A DNA stretch of 15,526 nt, taken from Promethearchaeota archaeon. GTDB lineage: Archaea; Asgardarchaeota; Lokiarchaeia; Sigyniarchaeales; SOKP01. The notes under the pieces were generated by a model that did no database searches, was not told the DNA's origin, and saw nothing but the letters and a program-made list of their open reading frames with translations. Position numbers and translations under genes: made by a program. Of this stretch, positions 1-8,519 are shown piece by piece. Position 1 is the first letter of the stretch; every line of letters starts with the position of its first letter. Location of the stretch: NCBI GenBank assembly GCA_029838195.1, contig JALGVJ010000064.1, positions 1-15,526 on the forward strand, read 5' to 3'.

Positions 1-210
1 GAAATCCACCGATACCCATTTTTATATTTTACATTTTTATATTTTAAAAAGAGCAATTGTTTTCCTCGTGTTTTTAGGATCCTTAATTATGGGGCTCTTC
101 TAAATGTTTTGGTAAGATTCTGACCTTGAATTGACATTTTTCATTTGATAGGATTTTTCATTTATTTTTTTGGCTTCAGATTTAAAAAAGTTAAGTTAGA
201 GCAAGGATGG

Positions 211-272
211 CACATGAGATTTTCAGCCCTTTAGAAACGTGATTTTCCGAAAGGGCGACGAAATCAGATGTG
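211..272. other. Long imperfect hairpin (62 nt), function unknown
   Basis: Pairings read by eye: cacat(211-215)/atgtg(268-272), gattt(218-222)/aaatc(261-265), gcccttt(226-232)/aaagggc(250-256), aaa(235-237)/ttt(244-246). Confidence 0.6.
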
Positions 273-287
273 ATATAATTGAGAGTT

Positions 288-415
288 TTGTCGGCATGAG
301 ATTTAAAAAACTTAAAAAGCAAGCCAAATTATAAACTTAAAAACACCCTCATTGTCGGCATGAGATTTAAAAAACTTAAAAAGCAAGCCAAATTATAAAC
401 TTAAAAACACCCTCA
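288..415. repeat. Perfect 64-bp tandem duplication (288-351 = 352-415)
   Basis: ttgtcggcatgagatttaaaaaacttaaaaagcaagccaaattataaacttaaaaacaccctca occurs twice, head to tail, with no mismatch. Confidence 0.97.
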
Positions 416-627
416 ATAAGATATTAAATAAAATATAAAAATCGAAAAAAGAACTCCAGTTAAGACAATTATATTTTCTATTGGAAACTGTGGCATATAA
501 GCAGTTCTTACTAATTTCCAATCAATATTAATGAACCATTGAACGTTAAAATTACAAATAAACTAAGATCTACATCCTCAATTAAATGTCCTAATAAGAT
601 AAATCGAAGGCATGGATTATTTTTACG

Positions 628-1050
628 CTATGGATCTTTTTAATTTCCAATATACTAAAGGAACGCCCCAAGGGCATCATCCAAGCCTATCTGAAGCGCT
701 GGACCATCGAAACGAGTTATCGGGACGAGTCCCAGGAGTTGCACTTGAAGGGGTGCATGTTTAGAAATATCGAAGGGCAGTATTGCTTTATTACCCTGGT
801 ATTTTTAGCGTACCGCCTCCTCACGTGGGCAGCTCGCTTGGGATTGTCATCCCCGTATCACCCGGATGTGGACACGTTGGGCAAGAAACGGGCGGCTTTT
901 CGCCGATTTCTTGAGGCAATCTTTGGCGCTTGGATTACTTCATTAAAAGAAGAATGCAAGGCGTGCAAGATGGCTCGCGTTATATATACGCTAATCCATG
1001 GAGGGAATCCGTATGTTTTAGCCCCCTTTAAGCGAGAAAGCCAAAATTAA
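628..1050 (+). pseudogene. C-terminal fragment of an IS4-superfamily (IS701/ISH3-like) DDE transposase
   Basis: The frame of ORF 739-1050 is open upstream to 598 and reads FLISNILKERPKGIIQAYLKRWTIETSYRDESQELHLKGCMFRNIEGQYCFITLVFLAY. It contains the Y-x2-RW-x-IE-x3-R motif with the third catalytic residue (E). The N-terminal two-thirds is missing. GC is higher than in the flanks. A probable right end ttgtcgaactttag lies at 1057-1070. Confidence 0.8.
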
Positions 1051-1438
1051 TAGGCCTTGTCGAACTTTAGTTAATAATTCCCTTTTTTAAAGAATGAAAT
1101 TTTACTTAATAATTCTAATATTTTTAGCCTACAATATTTATACTAATTCATAAAAAACGTTTTAATTAATATTAATTAATCCTTTCAAAATTTTCTTGAT
1201 TAAAGAAATTAAATTTTTTAGCGCTTCAAAATAATGATTAGATTAAATAATTTTTTAGATTTTTTACAAGAAAAATAGAAGGATTTTGTTAATTATTTTT
1301 GAATAAGGTTTAAAATTTTTAAAACTTAATCTAAAGTATGAATCAAATTGATATTACATTTATAATAACATCAATAACAATAACATGTATTAAATAAATT
1401 TTATTATAAAAGGCATAGCAAAGCTTACAAGAAAAAAA

Positions 1439-3808
1439 ATGTACGTAAAAATCAAAAAACTTAAACATAGAAAAAAAAAATCATTATTTTATTTTATTCT
1501 ACTACTTGTGTTATTCGAAATAATTTTTTCTAAATGTTTTTTTAAATTTTCGGGTATTTATGAAAAAGGAGTTGAAATTAATAATATCCTGGATGTTAAT
1601 AACAAAGATTCAAATCTCAATACGATAGCAGAATCTTCTCCTTATGATATATGGTGGAATGCTAGTTGGCATTATAGAGTACCCATAATAATATCATCAA
1701 ATCAAGATCTCCATGATTATCAAATACAAATTAATATTAATCTTACAGAGTTCCAAAATTTAGGATACATTAATGAAAATGGTAATGATATTCGTTTTAT
1801 TAATGAATCTAATAATGAACTTAATTTTTGGATCGAAGAAATGGGTGTTTTTGGTATGAATAGTACAATTTGGGTAAAGATACCTGAGATAAAAAGTCCT
1901 TTTACAAAGATATACATGTATTTTGGAAATCCAAATGTTGCGAGCAAATCAAATGGTACCAGAACATTTAACTTATTTGATGATTTTGAAAAATCAAATT
2001 TAGATTCAATATGGAGATTATCATCACCTCAAACTAATTATATAATTTCTAATGGAATATTAAGGATTAATTCAGGAGCTATTGGGTTAAATAATTCTCT
2101 AGATTTTAATATTCAAGATGGATATATAGTTGAATCTAAAATTTTATTTAATGAGCCCCCATTGGCAAATGTCTATTCAGGAGTAATACCTGAACTATCA
2201 TCCTCTAGATATACTACACTTAATAATGGAAATGAAGATGCAACTATTTTCTGGATGAGACAAAAAAATACTCAATCAATTTATTATTGGGTTGCGGATG
2301 GATCTACTACATCATATAATCTTATCAATGGAGTTAGTTTAGAATGGGTTTCAACGGAATATATTTGGTATTTATCAGGAATTTCAGTTATTGGTGGAAA
2401 TTCTGATAGTACAATACAATTATGGAAAAATAGAGAAAATCTAAAAACTTTAACAGGTGTTTATTGGAATGATGCCATTAAATTTGTATCTTTAGGTCAT
2501 TTTAACGGAGAAATGAAGGATTGCCAAGATACATCATATGATTGGATAAGGATTAGGAAATATATCTTAGATGAACCAAAAATCACTTTTGGCGAACCTG
2601 AAAAAATTGAGTATAAGATAACATGTTATGATTTAGATGGAAGGCGAGTATCAAACGCTAAAGTTTTTATTACAAACAAGACTTTTCCTTTTCTTAATAA
2701 ATCGGGTATAACAAATATAAATGGAGAAGTTGTTTTTGTAAATGTTTCAAGGACCGGAATTTATAACATCACGGTGAATTATACCTCGCAAAATGGACTC
2801 TATACGGAAACAGTGTATTCTAAGAACAATATTCGATTATATGATTTTACCGAATTAGAGCTTTATCTTAATTTATGGACCATTGATTTCGATGTAATTG
2901 ATTGGGATAATAATACCATGGATTATGGATATGTAGTAGTGTACAAAGATATTCATAAGACCCAGCCCTTGGCAAACATCACGTTGCAAAGCGGCACGGG
3001 AAAAGCTACATTTCGATGGATTAATAAATCGTATTATACTTATGACGTGTACTATCGAAATGAAGATTATTTTCAACGAGATACCTTGATCAACAATGGA
3101 ATGATTCAGAGAAAAAATAAAAAGAGAAATCAAGTTTTTTACGTAAATCAAACTAATATATATTCCAAAAATAGGTTGGAATATCGTGTTGAACAAACCA
3201 TCTGGGCAGAAGGTTCGGATGAAATTGAATTAGGACATATTCGGATAATTAATGCAACTATTAATTTAAACAACATGGAAGATAATGTATCTAGCGTTGA
3301 GGTATTTTACGTTGATTCTAATGGAGTTAACAAGATTAATGAAGCTAGCAAGACCTATTCTACAACGACTACTCAAGATACGATTAAAATTAACACGATA
3401 AATCAATATGATATGTTTGGATTAAAAATAATCGTAGAAGGTGGCAACTCTTCCAGATGTAATGGGACAATTGACCTACATTGGGTTGAGACAACCACTC
3501 CTATTGTCCAAGTAAACATGTCGAAAATGCACATTAAAGTGGAGGATGGGGGAATCGGCGTTGTAGGGGCAATTGTTAGAATTTGGAACGGCTCCGTTAA
3601 TACGGGACAATCCATCATCAATCTGACCACCTCCAGTGGAGAGGTATATGGTGTAAAAGGTTATGCGTATGGTACCATCCATAAGATTGAATTCTGGTAT
3701 CTCATAGGAACGAATTATAATATCACGATTGATATTGGAACTCAACAACAAGTTAGATTTAATGTGTCATATTCAATATTCAAATCCAGCTCAACCCATC
3801 TCGGATGA
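1439..3808 (+). CDS. DUF2341-domain cell-surface glycoprotein, N-terminal part of a frameshifted gene (1439-5402)
   Basis: Basic N-terminus plus hydrophobic signal/anchor (SLFYFILLLVLFEIIF); DUF2341 motifs WWNASWHYRVPI, DIRF, LNFWIE, IWVKIP, IYMYFGNP, FDDFE; lectin-like beta domain ending DWIRIRKY; prealbumin/carboxypeptidase-regulatory-like beta repeats (YDLDGRRVSNAKV...TNINGEVVF...YNITVNY); many N-x-S/T sequons. Confidence 0.85.
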   Translation: MYVKIKKLKHRKKKSLFYFILLLVLFEIIFSKCFFKFSGIYEKGVEINNILDVNNKDSNLNTIAESSPYDIWWNASWHYRVPIIISSNQDLHDYQIQININLTEFQNLGYINENGNDIRFINESNNELNFWIEEMGVFGMNSTIWVKIPEIKSPFTKIYMYFGNPNVASKSNGTRTFNLFDDFEKSNLDSIWRLSSPQTNYIISNGILRINSGAIGLNNSLDFNIQDGYIVESKILFNEPPLANVYSGVIPELSSSRYTTLNNGNEDATIFWMRQKNTQSIYYWVADGSTTSYNLINGVSLEWVSTEYIWYLSGISVIGGNSDSTIQLWKNRENLKTLTGVYWNDAIKFVSLGHFNGEMKDCQDTSYDWIRIRKYILDEPKITFGEPEKIEYKITCYDLDGRRVSNAKVFITNKTFPFLNKSGITNINGEVVFVNVSRTGIYNITVNYTSQNGLYTETVYSKNNIRLYDFTELELYLNLWTIDFDVIDWDNNTMDYGYVVVYKDIHKTQPLANITLQSGTGKATFRWINKSYYTYDVYYRNEDYFQRDTLINNGMIQRKNKKRNQVFYVNQTNIYSKNRLEYRVEQTIWAEGSDEIELGHIRIINATINLNNMEDNVSSVEVFYVDSNGVNKINEASKTYSTTTTQDTIKINTINQYDMFGLKIIVEGGNSSRCNGTIDLHWVETTTPIVQVNMSKMHIKVEDGGIGVVGAIVRIWNGSVNTGQSIINLTTSSGEVYGVKGYAYGTIHKIEFWYLIGTNYNITIDIGTQQQVRFNVSYSIFKSSSTHLG

Positions 3809-5402
3809 AAATATACTGTGGTATAATTATACATTATTAAGAAATTCTTCATTAATATTTGTTTTAAATGACACTAATAAAATTTATACTAATTTTACTC
3901 ATGCTCATGGGGATACAGACGTGCTATGGAATAGCACCATGTCTTATAGTGTTAACTTCTCTTATACTGAAGATGGAGGAATTAGTTGGTATGAAGTCAC
4001 CCCTTCTGCAGAAGTGTTATGTTCTGTATATATTTGGGGAGCATCACCAATATTATTATACCAAAAAAAAATGAATTATCAAGGTGATGGAAATTTTACC
4101 TTGGAATTTAATTCTAATATTTTTCCCGCAGGTACTATAAGTGAAAGTTATATAGTTAAGATTACCGGAGAATATATAGGATTTAATATTCCTTCACCAG
4201 TTTTTTTTAATGTTTCAATTAAAGCATTACCTACTGAATTAGAATTTTATAATTACCAGAATATATCAGGTTCAAGTATTAAGGAAATTAAACAGTACTA
4301 TAATGAAATCTTTAACATCTCAGTTAAATATAAAATTAAAGGTGGTCAAAATGGAATAGAAGATGCGAATTTAACCTATCATTGGCAGTTTTCAACGACA
4401 CCATTATCAATAACTGCTGATCCATTGAACCCAGGATTTTATACATTTTCAATTAATACTTTATTAGTGAATAATATTGGCAAATTCAATATAACAGTAT
4501 CAGCAAGTAAATTTAATTATTCCTCAATAATCACTAATTTTACATTGATAATTTTATCCAGACCTACTAAAATAAATGGATATTCAAATTTACTTTATAT
4601 AAATAAAACAATATGGGCGGGAAATGATTTTTTAATGTCGTTTGAATATATAGATTCCTTAACAGAAAATAGAATATCAAAAACTGATAAAGCTTACTTT
4701 TATTGGACAAAAATAGTTAATGATGTTCTTCAACAATTCAGTTCTAATATTGATTTGGAAAAAGATTCTAATAATTTATATATTTTAGATTTTAATGCTT
4801 CTGAAAAAAAAATCGGAACTTACGTTTTATATTTATTTTTCGAGAAAAATTTTTATGATACAAAAAGCGTTGTTATTAATTTAGAAATTATTGAACGTAT
4901 TTTTTCGGTCGAGGTGACTCTAAATAATAAAGTAACCACAACTATTCAAGTAACAAAGGGAACACCTGTAAAAATCAAGCTCAAGATTACAGATCTCTCA
5001 CGCTCCAATAAACCACTGTCCGGGGCAAGAATTATCTTATATATTGATGGTACTTCAAAAAATTTTACTATAAATGAAATAGAAAATACAGGAATTTATA
5101 AATTAACTTTAAACACTTCTGATCCTGATTATCAAGCGTTTTTTGTTCCGCAGACCTTAACGGGTAATTTCACGATTTTCAAGGAGAATTATGAAATCCA
5201 ATCTATACCATTTAAATTAACGATAAATATGGAAGAAATTATTCCCGGTTTTCCAAGTATTTATTTCATTTTATTAATTACTGGGATTACAGGTGTTTCT
5301 GTTGGTTTAATAATAGATCATTATCCTAAATCAATAAAATCTGAACACATTCAAGATCAAAATAGTGAATTAAAAAATTACATTAAAAAAAAATCATCTT
5401 GA
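3729..5402 (+). CDS. C-terminal part of the same surface glycoprotein: Ig-like beta repeats plus C-terminal IPGF-TM membrane anchor
   Basis: Overlaps the upstream ORF by 80 bp, has no signal peptide of its own, same Asn/Thr/Ile/Tyr-rich sequon-dense composition, and ends MEEIIPGFPSIYFILLITGITGVSVGLII plus a charged tail. The real coding part probably begins at ~3777. Confidence 0.8.
   Translation: MILELNNKLDLMCHIQYSNPAQPISDENILWYNYTLLRNSSLIFVLNDTNKIYTNFTHAHGDTDVLWNSTMSYSVNFSYTEDGGISWYEVTPSAEVLCSVYIWGASPILLYQKKMNYQGDGNFTLEFNSNIFPAGTISESYIVKITGEYIGFNIPSPVFFNVSIKALPTELEFYNYQNISGSSIKEIKQYYNEIFNISVKYKIKGGQNGIEDANLTYHWQFSTTPLSITADPLNPGFYTFSINTLLVNNIGKFNITVSASKFNYSSIITNFTLIILSRPTKINGYSNLLYINKTIWAGNDFLMSFEYIDSLTENRISKTDKAYFYWTKIVNDVLQQFSSNIDLEKDSNNLYILDFNASEKKIGTYVLYLFFEKNFYDTKSVVINLEIIERIFSVEVTLNNKVTTTIQVTKGTPVKIKLKITDLSRSNKPLSGARIILYIDGTSKNFTINEIENTGIYKLTLNTSDPDYQAFFVPQTLTGNFTIFKENYEIQSIPFKLTINMEEIIPGFPSIYFILLITGITGVSVGLIIDHYPKSIKSEHIQDQNSELKNYIKKKSS
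3769..3783 (+). repeat. 7-bp tandem duplication (tattcaa x2) causing the frameshift
   Basis: tattcaa at 3770-3776 and 3777-3783. Deleting one copy joins the frame of 1439 to the frame of 3729 (...RFNVSYSNPAQPISDEN...), giving one 1318-aa ORF. Confidence 0.85.
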
Positions 5403-5525
5403 ATTCATGAAATCAACAAATATTTTCTTCTCCCAGTAAAATTATTAGAAATGATGATATCGGGTGCGTTAGAAATTTTCTAGTTAGATTAATTATAATT
5501 CATAAAAAATAATACTTATAGTTTT

Positions 5526-6197
5526 GTAATTATAAAGAATTCTGATCAAAATATGGGTTATTAATACTAATTAATTAATCTACCTGATGAAATAAATTGG
5601 GATGATCAATGGTTCAAAACCTGGTATCCGTTCAAGAACGTCGATCCTCAAAACGCACGTTTAGCCGGTAACACGAAGAAAAAGCACTCTTTTGAACCTT
5701 TTATCCACTACCCTGCGCTATCGATACGTTTCCTAAATTATTGCTTGAAAACGGTTTAAAAGACGCTCGCTTTCAGCACAGGGGTTATCTTTCCTAAAAG
5801 CACCAGGTGTAAGGCTTTTCCGAAGTCCATGTCATGTTTCTTACAGGTCTGGTGGAGAGACAGGTATAAAGTAAAAGAGTCCATGACCTCCTCGCTCTTG
5901 AAATCGTAGCTTGTTTTTCGTATGATGATCGCGAGCTTTTTTCATGCTTTACAGCGATAGCGAAATCGATTTGTTCTTCAAGCGGTCGTCTCCATGTGTC
6001 TGGCAGGAAGTGAGCCAAGTACTGTTCTGCTCTAAACTCAAGATACTTTTTGGCTAAAATGAAAAGCCTGAAAAGTAATAAAAAATGAAGGAGGTAATAA
6101 ACCAACATGTCATGGAGATATTACATATCTTGATATAGCAAATAGAATATCACATAGAAAATATATTTATAAAGGACTCAGAATACTTTATAATTAC
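5526..6197 (-). mobile_element. Non-autonomous, internally deleted IS66-family element (672 bp, MITE-like)
   Basis: 20-bp TIRs with one mismatch: gtaattataaagaattctga (5526-5545) and tcagaatactttataattac (6178-6197), with GTAA termini typical of IS66. Encloses transposase N- and C-terminal remnants. No target-site duplication visible. Confidence 0.85.
5756..6108 (-). pseudogene. IS66 transposase remnant: ~57-aa N-terminus joined out of frame to the last 60 aa
   Basis: 5938->5756 reads KLAIIIRKTSYDFKSEEVMDSFTLYLSLHQTCKKHDMDFGKALHLVLLGKITPVLKASVF*. It aligns without gaps (17/60 identical) to RPFVVQRKVSGNFISPEVMKIYGIHMSLYRTCKRNDVNYEEVIIPLLKGDTAELLRLLGL of ORF 11563-12339. Junction is in the A6 run near 5937-5942. 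Confidence 0.85.
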
Positions 6198-6350
6198 AAA
6201 TAAATTTTTCATAAAAAATATGGAAAAAAAAGCATATAAGAAAATCTTCATGATCCTTATTAAAAATAAAATATTTATGAGAAATAAAAAGAAAATAGTC
6301 GTTACTTGTTCTCGAATAGATAGCAAAAAGAAATTTTTCCCATTCTTGGA

Positions 6351-7382
6351 ATGAATGCAGTGAAAAATCCTCCAAAAATCTCTATCATCTTTCCAATCTT
6401 TAATGGTGAGCATTTTTTATCGCGAAATTTAGATTCTATTAAAAGGTTAATCAATTTAAATGAAATTGAATTAATTCTAATTGATAATAATTCAAAAGAT
6501 TCCAGTATTGAAATCATAAACTCATATACAAACTCTATCAACATAAAAATAATTAAAAATCGTATTAATCAAGGTTTTGTAAGAGCATGTAATTTAGGCG
6601 TTTTAATTTCAAAAGGAAAATATGTTTTTATCACAAATCAAGATGTTATTTTTCCCTCTGATTTTTTTGTTGAATTATTGAAAATTTATAATCGATTTGA
6701 AAAAAAAGGAAATTTAGTGATTTCTCCATCTTTAATTTTTGAAAATGATGGAATTCATTATTATGGAGCTAAAATACATATTTTGGGTTTTTCTTATACG
6801 CCTGAAATTGGAAAAGGATTACCAAAACAAAAAATAATTAAAAAAACGCAACGATTTTCAGGAGGAACTCTATTTATCCAACGTAATACTTTCTTGAAAA
6901 TGGGTGGCTTTGATAAAAGATTCTTCATGTATTATGAAGATACGGATTTATCTCTAAGATTTTTACGAAAAGGTATTGTCATGTATACGACAAGTTATCC
7001 CTATTTAATTCACCAAAAACATGAGCTTACATTTAATGATTTTAGATATTTTTTACTCGAGCGTAATCGCTATATTGTTTTTTGTAAAAATATCGATGGA
7101 TTTAAAAAATTAATTCCAATATTTCTGATTACAGAAATTCTGCTCATCTTTCAATCCATTCTCATGAGAAAATTTAGAATTAGAATTAGAATATATTATG
7201 AGCTCCTACATAACTTAAAAAGTTTTAAGGAACTCCGCCGTGAATCTAAAAAACAAATACCTCTCATACCTTATCAAAATCTCTCAAGGACTCTTGATGT
7301 CGCTTTGCTAGGAAATTTAAAAAAAAATACCATGTTCTTAAAGTTATTAAAAATTTATAACAGTCTATTAAAATTGATTTAA
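6351..7382 (+). CDS. Glycosyltransferase family 2 (WbbL/rhamnosyltransferase-like subgroup)
   Basis: ISIIFPIFNG, LIDNNSKDSS, NQGFVRACNLG, ITNQD, GGFDKRFFMYYEDTDLSLR motifs. Confidence 0.93.
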   Translation: MNAVKNPPKISIIFPIFNGEHFLSRNLDSIKRLINLNEIELILIDNNSKDSSIEIINSYTNSINIKIIKNRINQGFVRACNLGVLISKGKYVFITNQDVIFPSDFFVELLKIYNRFEKKGNLVISPSLIFENDGIHYYGAKIHILGFSYTPEIGKGLPKQKIIKKTQRFSGGTLFIQRNTFLKMGGFDKRFFMYYEDTDLSLRFLRKGIVMYTTSYPYLIHQKHELTFNDFRYFLLERNRYIVFCKNIDGFKKLIPIFLITEILLIFQSILMRKFRIRIRIYYELLHNLKSFKELRRESKKQIPLIPYQNLSRTLDVALLGNLKKNTMFLKLLKIYNSLLKLI

Positions 7383-7456
7383 AAAAAGTTTATTTCTTGT
7401 ACTATTTTAAAATTAAATTCACATGATTCCTTTTATTTATATGAAAAACAAGAGTT

Positions 7457-8320
7457 TTATTCTCGGCTAAAAAAATATTTAATTAAAGCATCTAATTTTC
7501 TGTGAAAGGTTTTTGATGAAAAAATGAAATTCATCAATTTTTTAATTGTATATATAATAATACAAATTAATATTGAGCGTATTAATTCCATTAATTTTAC
7601 TCTAGAAACGCCATGGAATCGAGGATGAAGTGTAATAGGGATTTCTTTTATTCTCAGATTTCTAACAGCTGCTTCAAATAACATTTGAGTACATAATCCA
7701 TAATTCTTAAAGAGAGAATTTTCAAAAATTTTTATACTTTTTCTATTAAAAGCTCTAAATCCACTCTGATTATTAGAAATTTTTTGACGATACATTAACC
7801 AAAGCAATGTTTCAATAGATTTTTCACCAACTCGCGTGTGTAGGGGGACATCATAATTACATTTCCCTAAGTACCGTGAGCCAATAACTATATCTGCTTG
7901 ATCATTAATTATTGGAGTGAGCATTTTGGGAATATCTCGTGGATCGTGCTGACCATCTGAATCAATTGTTATAATAAAATCTCCTGTAGATTTATTGATA
8001 CCCGTGAGAATTGCAGCCCCATAACCCATATTTTCTTCGTGTTGAATAAGTTTTATCTTTTTTCTTATTTTCAGTAAATTTTTTACGCTATTATCCGTTG
8101 ATCCATCATCAACAACAATTATTTCATATAGCGAAGAATGCGGTATTTTTTCTATCACTTTTCCAATTGTTTTTTCTTCATTATATAAAGGAACTACAAC
8201 GGATATTTGAAAAGAATTTAATCTAATATTTTTACATGCTTTATTATATTTATTTTTAGGAAGATCTGAAGGTGCTATATCATAGATTTCTTTATTAACC
8301 TCAGATTTTGAATAAAACAT
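7457..8320 (-). CDS. Glycosyltransferase family 2, dolichol/polyprenol-phosphate hexose synthase-like
   Basis: SVVVPLYNEEKTI, IVVDDGSTD, NMGYGAA, TIDSDGQHDP, ADIVIGSR, QSGFRAF, IKEIPI motifs. Confidence 0.93.
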   Translation of the reverse strand: MFYSKSEVNKEIYDIAPSDLPKNKYNKACKNIRLNSFQISVVVPLYNEEKTIGKVIEKIPHSSLYEIIVVDDGSTDNSVKNLLKIRKKIKLIQHEENMGYGAAILTGINKSTGDFIITIDSDGQHDPRDIPKMLTPIINDQADIVIGSRYLGKCNYDVPLHTRVGEKSIETLLWLMYRQKISNNQSGFRAFNRKSIKIFENSLFKNYGLCTQMLFEAAVRNLRIKEIPITLHPRFHGVSRVKLMELIRSILICIIIYTIKKLMNFIFSSKTFHRKLDALIKYFFSRE

Positions 8321-8519
8321 TATTAGTAGAAAAAAGTATTTTTAAATTAATCAATTATTACAATCTTAATAATAATTATACTAATATGTTTTATATTTAT
8401 TTTGTTTTCTTAAAATCGAATATAAAATCAATTTTAATATCTTATCATGAAATTAATTTAGAGAGTTTAATATCAATCATTTTTAATTATTATTGAGAAG
8501 AATTGCATGAAATTTTATT

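Noticed and set aside
211-272. SECIS-like reading of the hairpin (AUGA...GA, apical AAA)
   Set aside because: Core-to-AAA distance is about 17 nt (too long), the core register needs a bulge, and no selenoprotein ORF is visible upstream.
288-415. CRISPR array
   Set aside because: Two abutting identical 64-mers, no spacers, no cas genes.
1471-1480. A10 run in the surface-protein 5' end (and A11 at 9391-9401 in the flippase-like gene) as phase-variation tracts
   Set aside because: Both are in frame, and long A/T runs are common throughout this AT-rich window; needs read-level length variation to support.
1720-4074. Short ORFs 1720-1947, 2873-3196, 3403-3630, 3476-3751, 3868-4074
   Set aside because: Antisense or alternate-frame shadows of the surface-protein gene with no recognisable motifs.
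5936-5946. Programmed -1 frameshift at the A6G run joining the two transposase remnants
   Set aside because: Phase is GAA AAA AGC, not the canonical A AAA AAG, and the catalytic core is absent; a deletion junction explains it.
5499-6220. ttcataaaaaata on both sides of the short IS66 element as a TSD
   Set aside because: The copies lie 14 and 10 bp away from the TIRs rather than abutting them, and the word is low-complexity.
6150-6544. ORFs 6150-6413, 6178-6375, 6302-6544 (also 8308-8496, 8731-9219, 10070-10270, 11313-11534, 11586-11825, 11974-12195, 14298-14480)
   Set aside because: Overlap better-supported genes or are AT-rich low-complexity frames.
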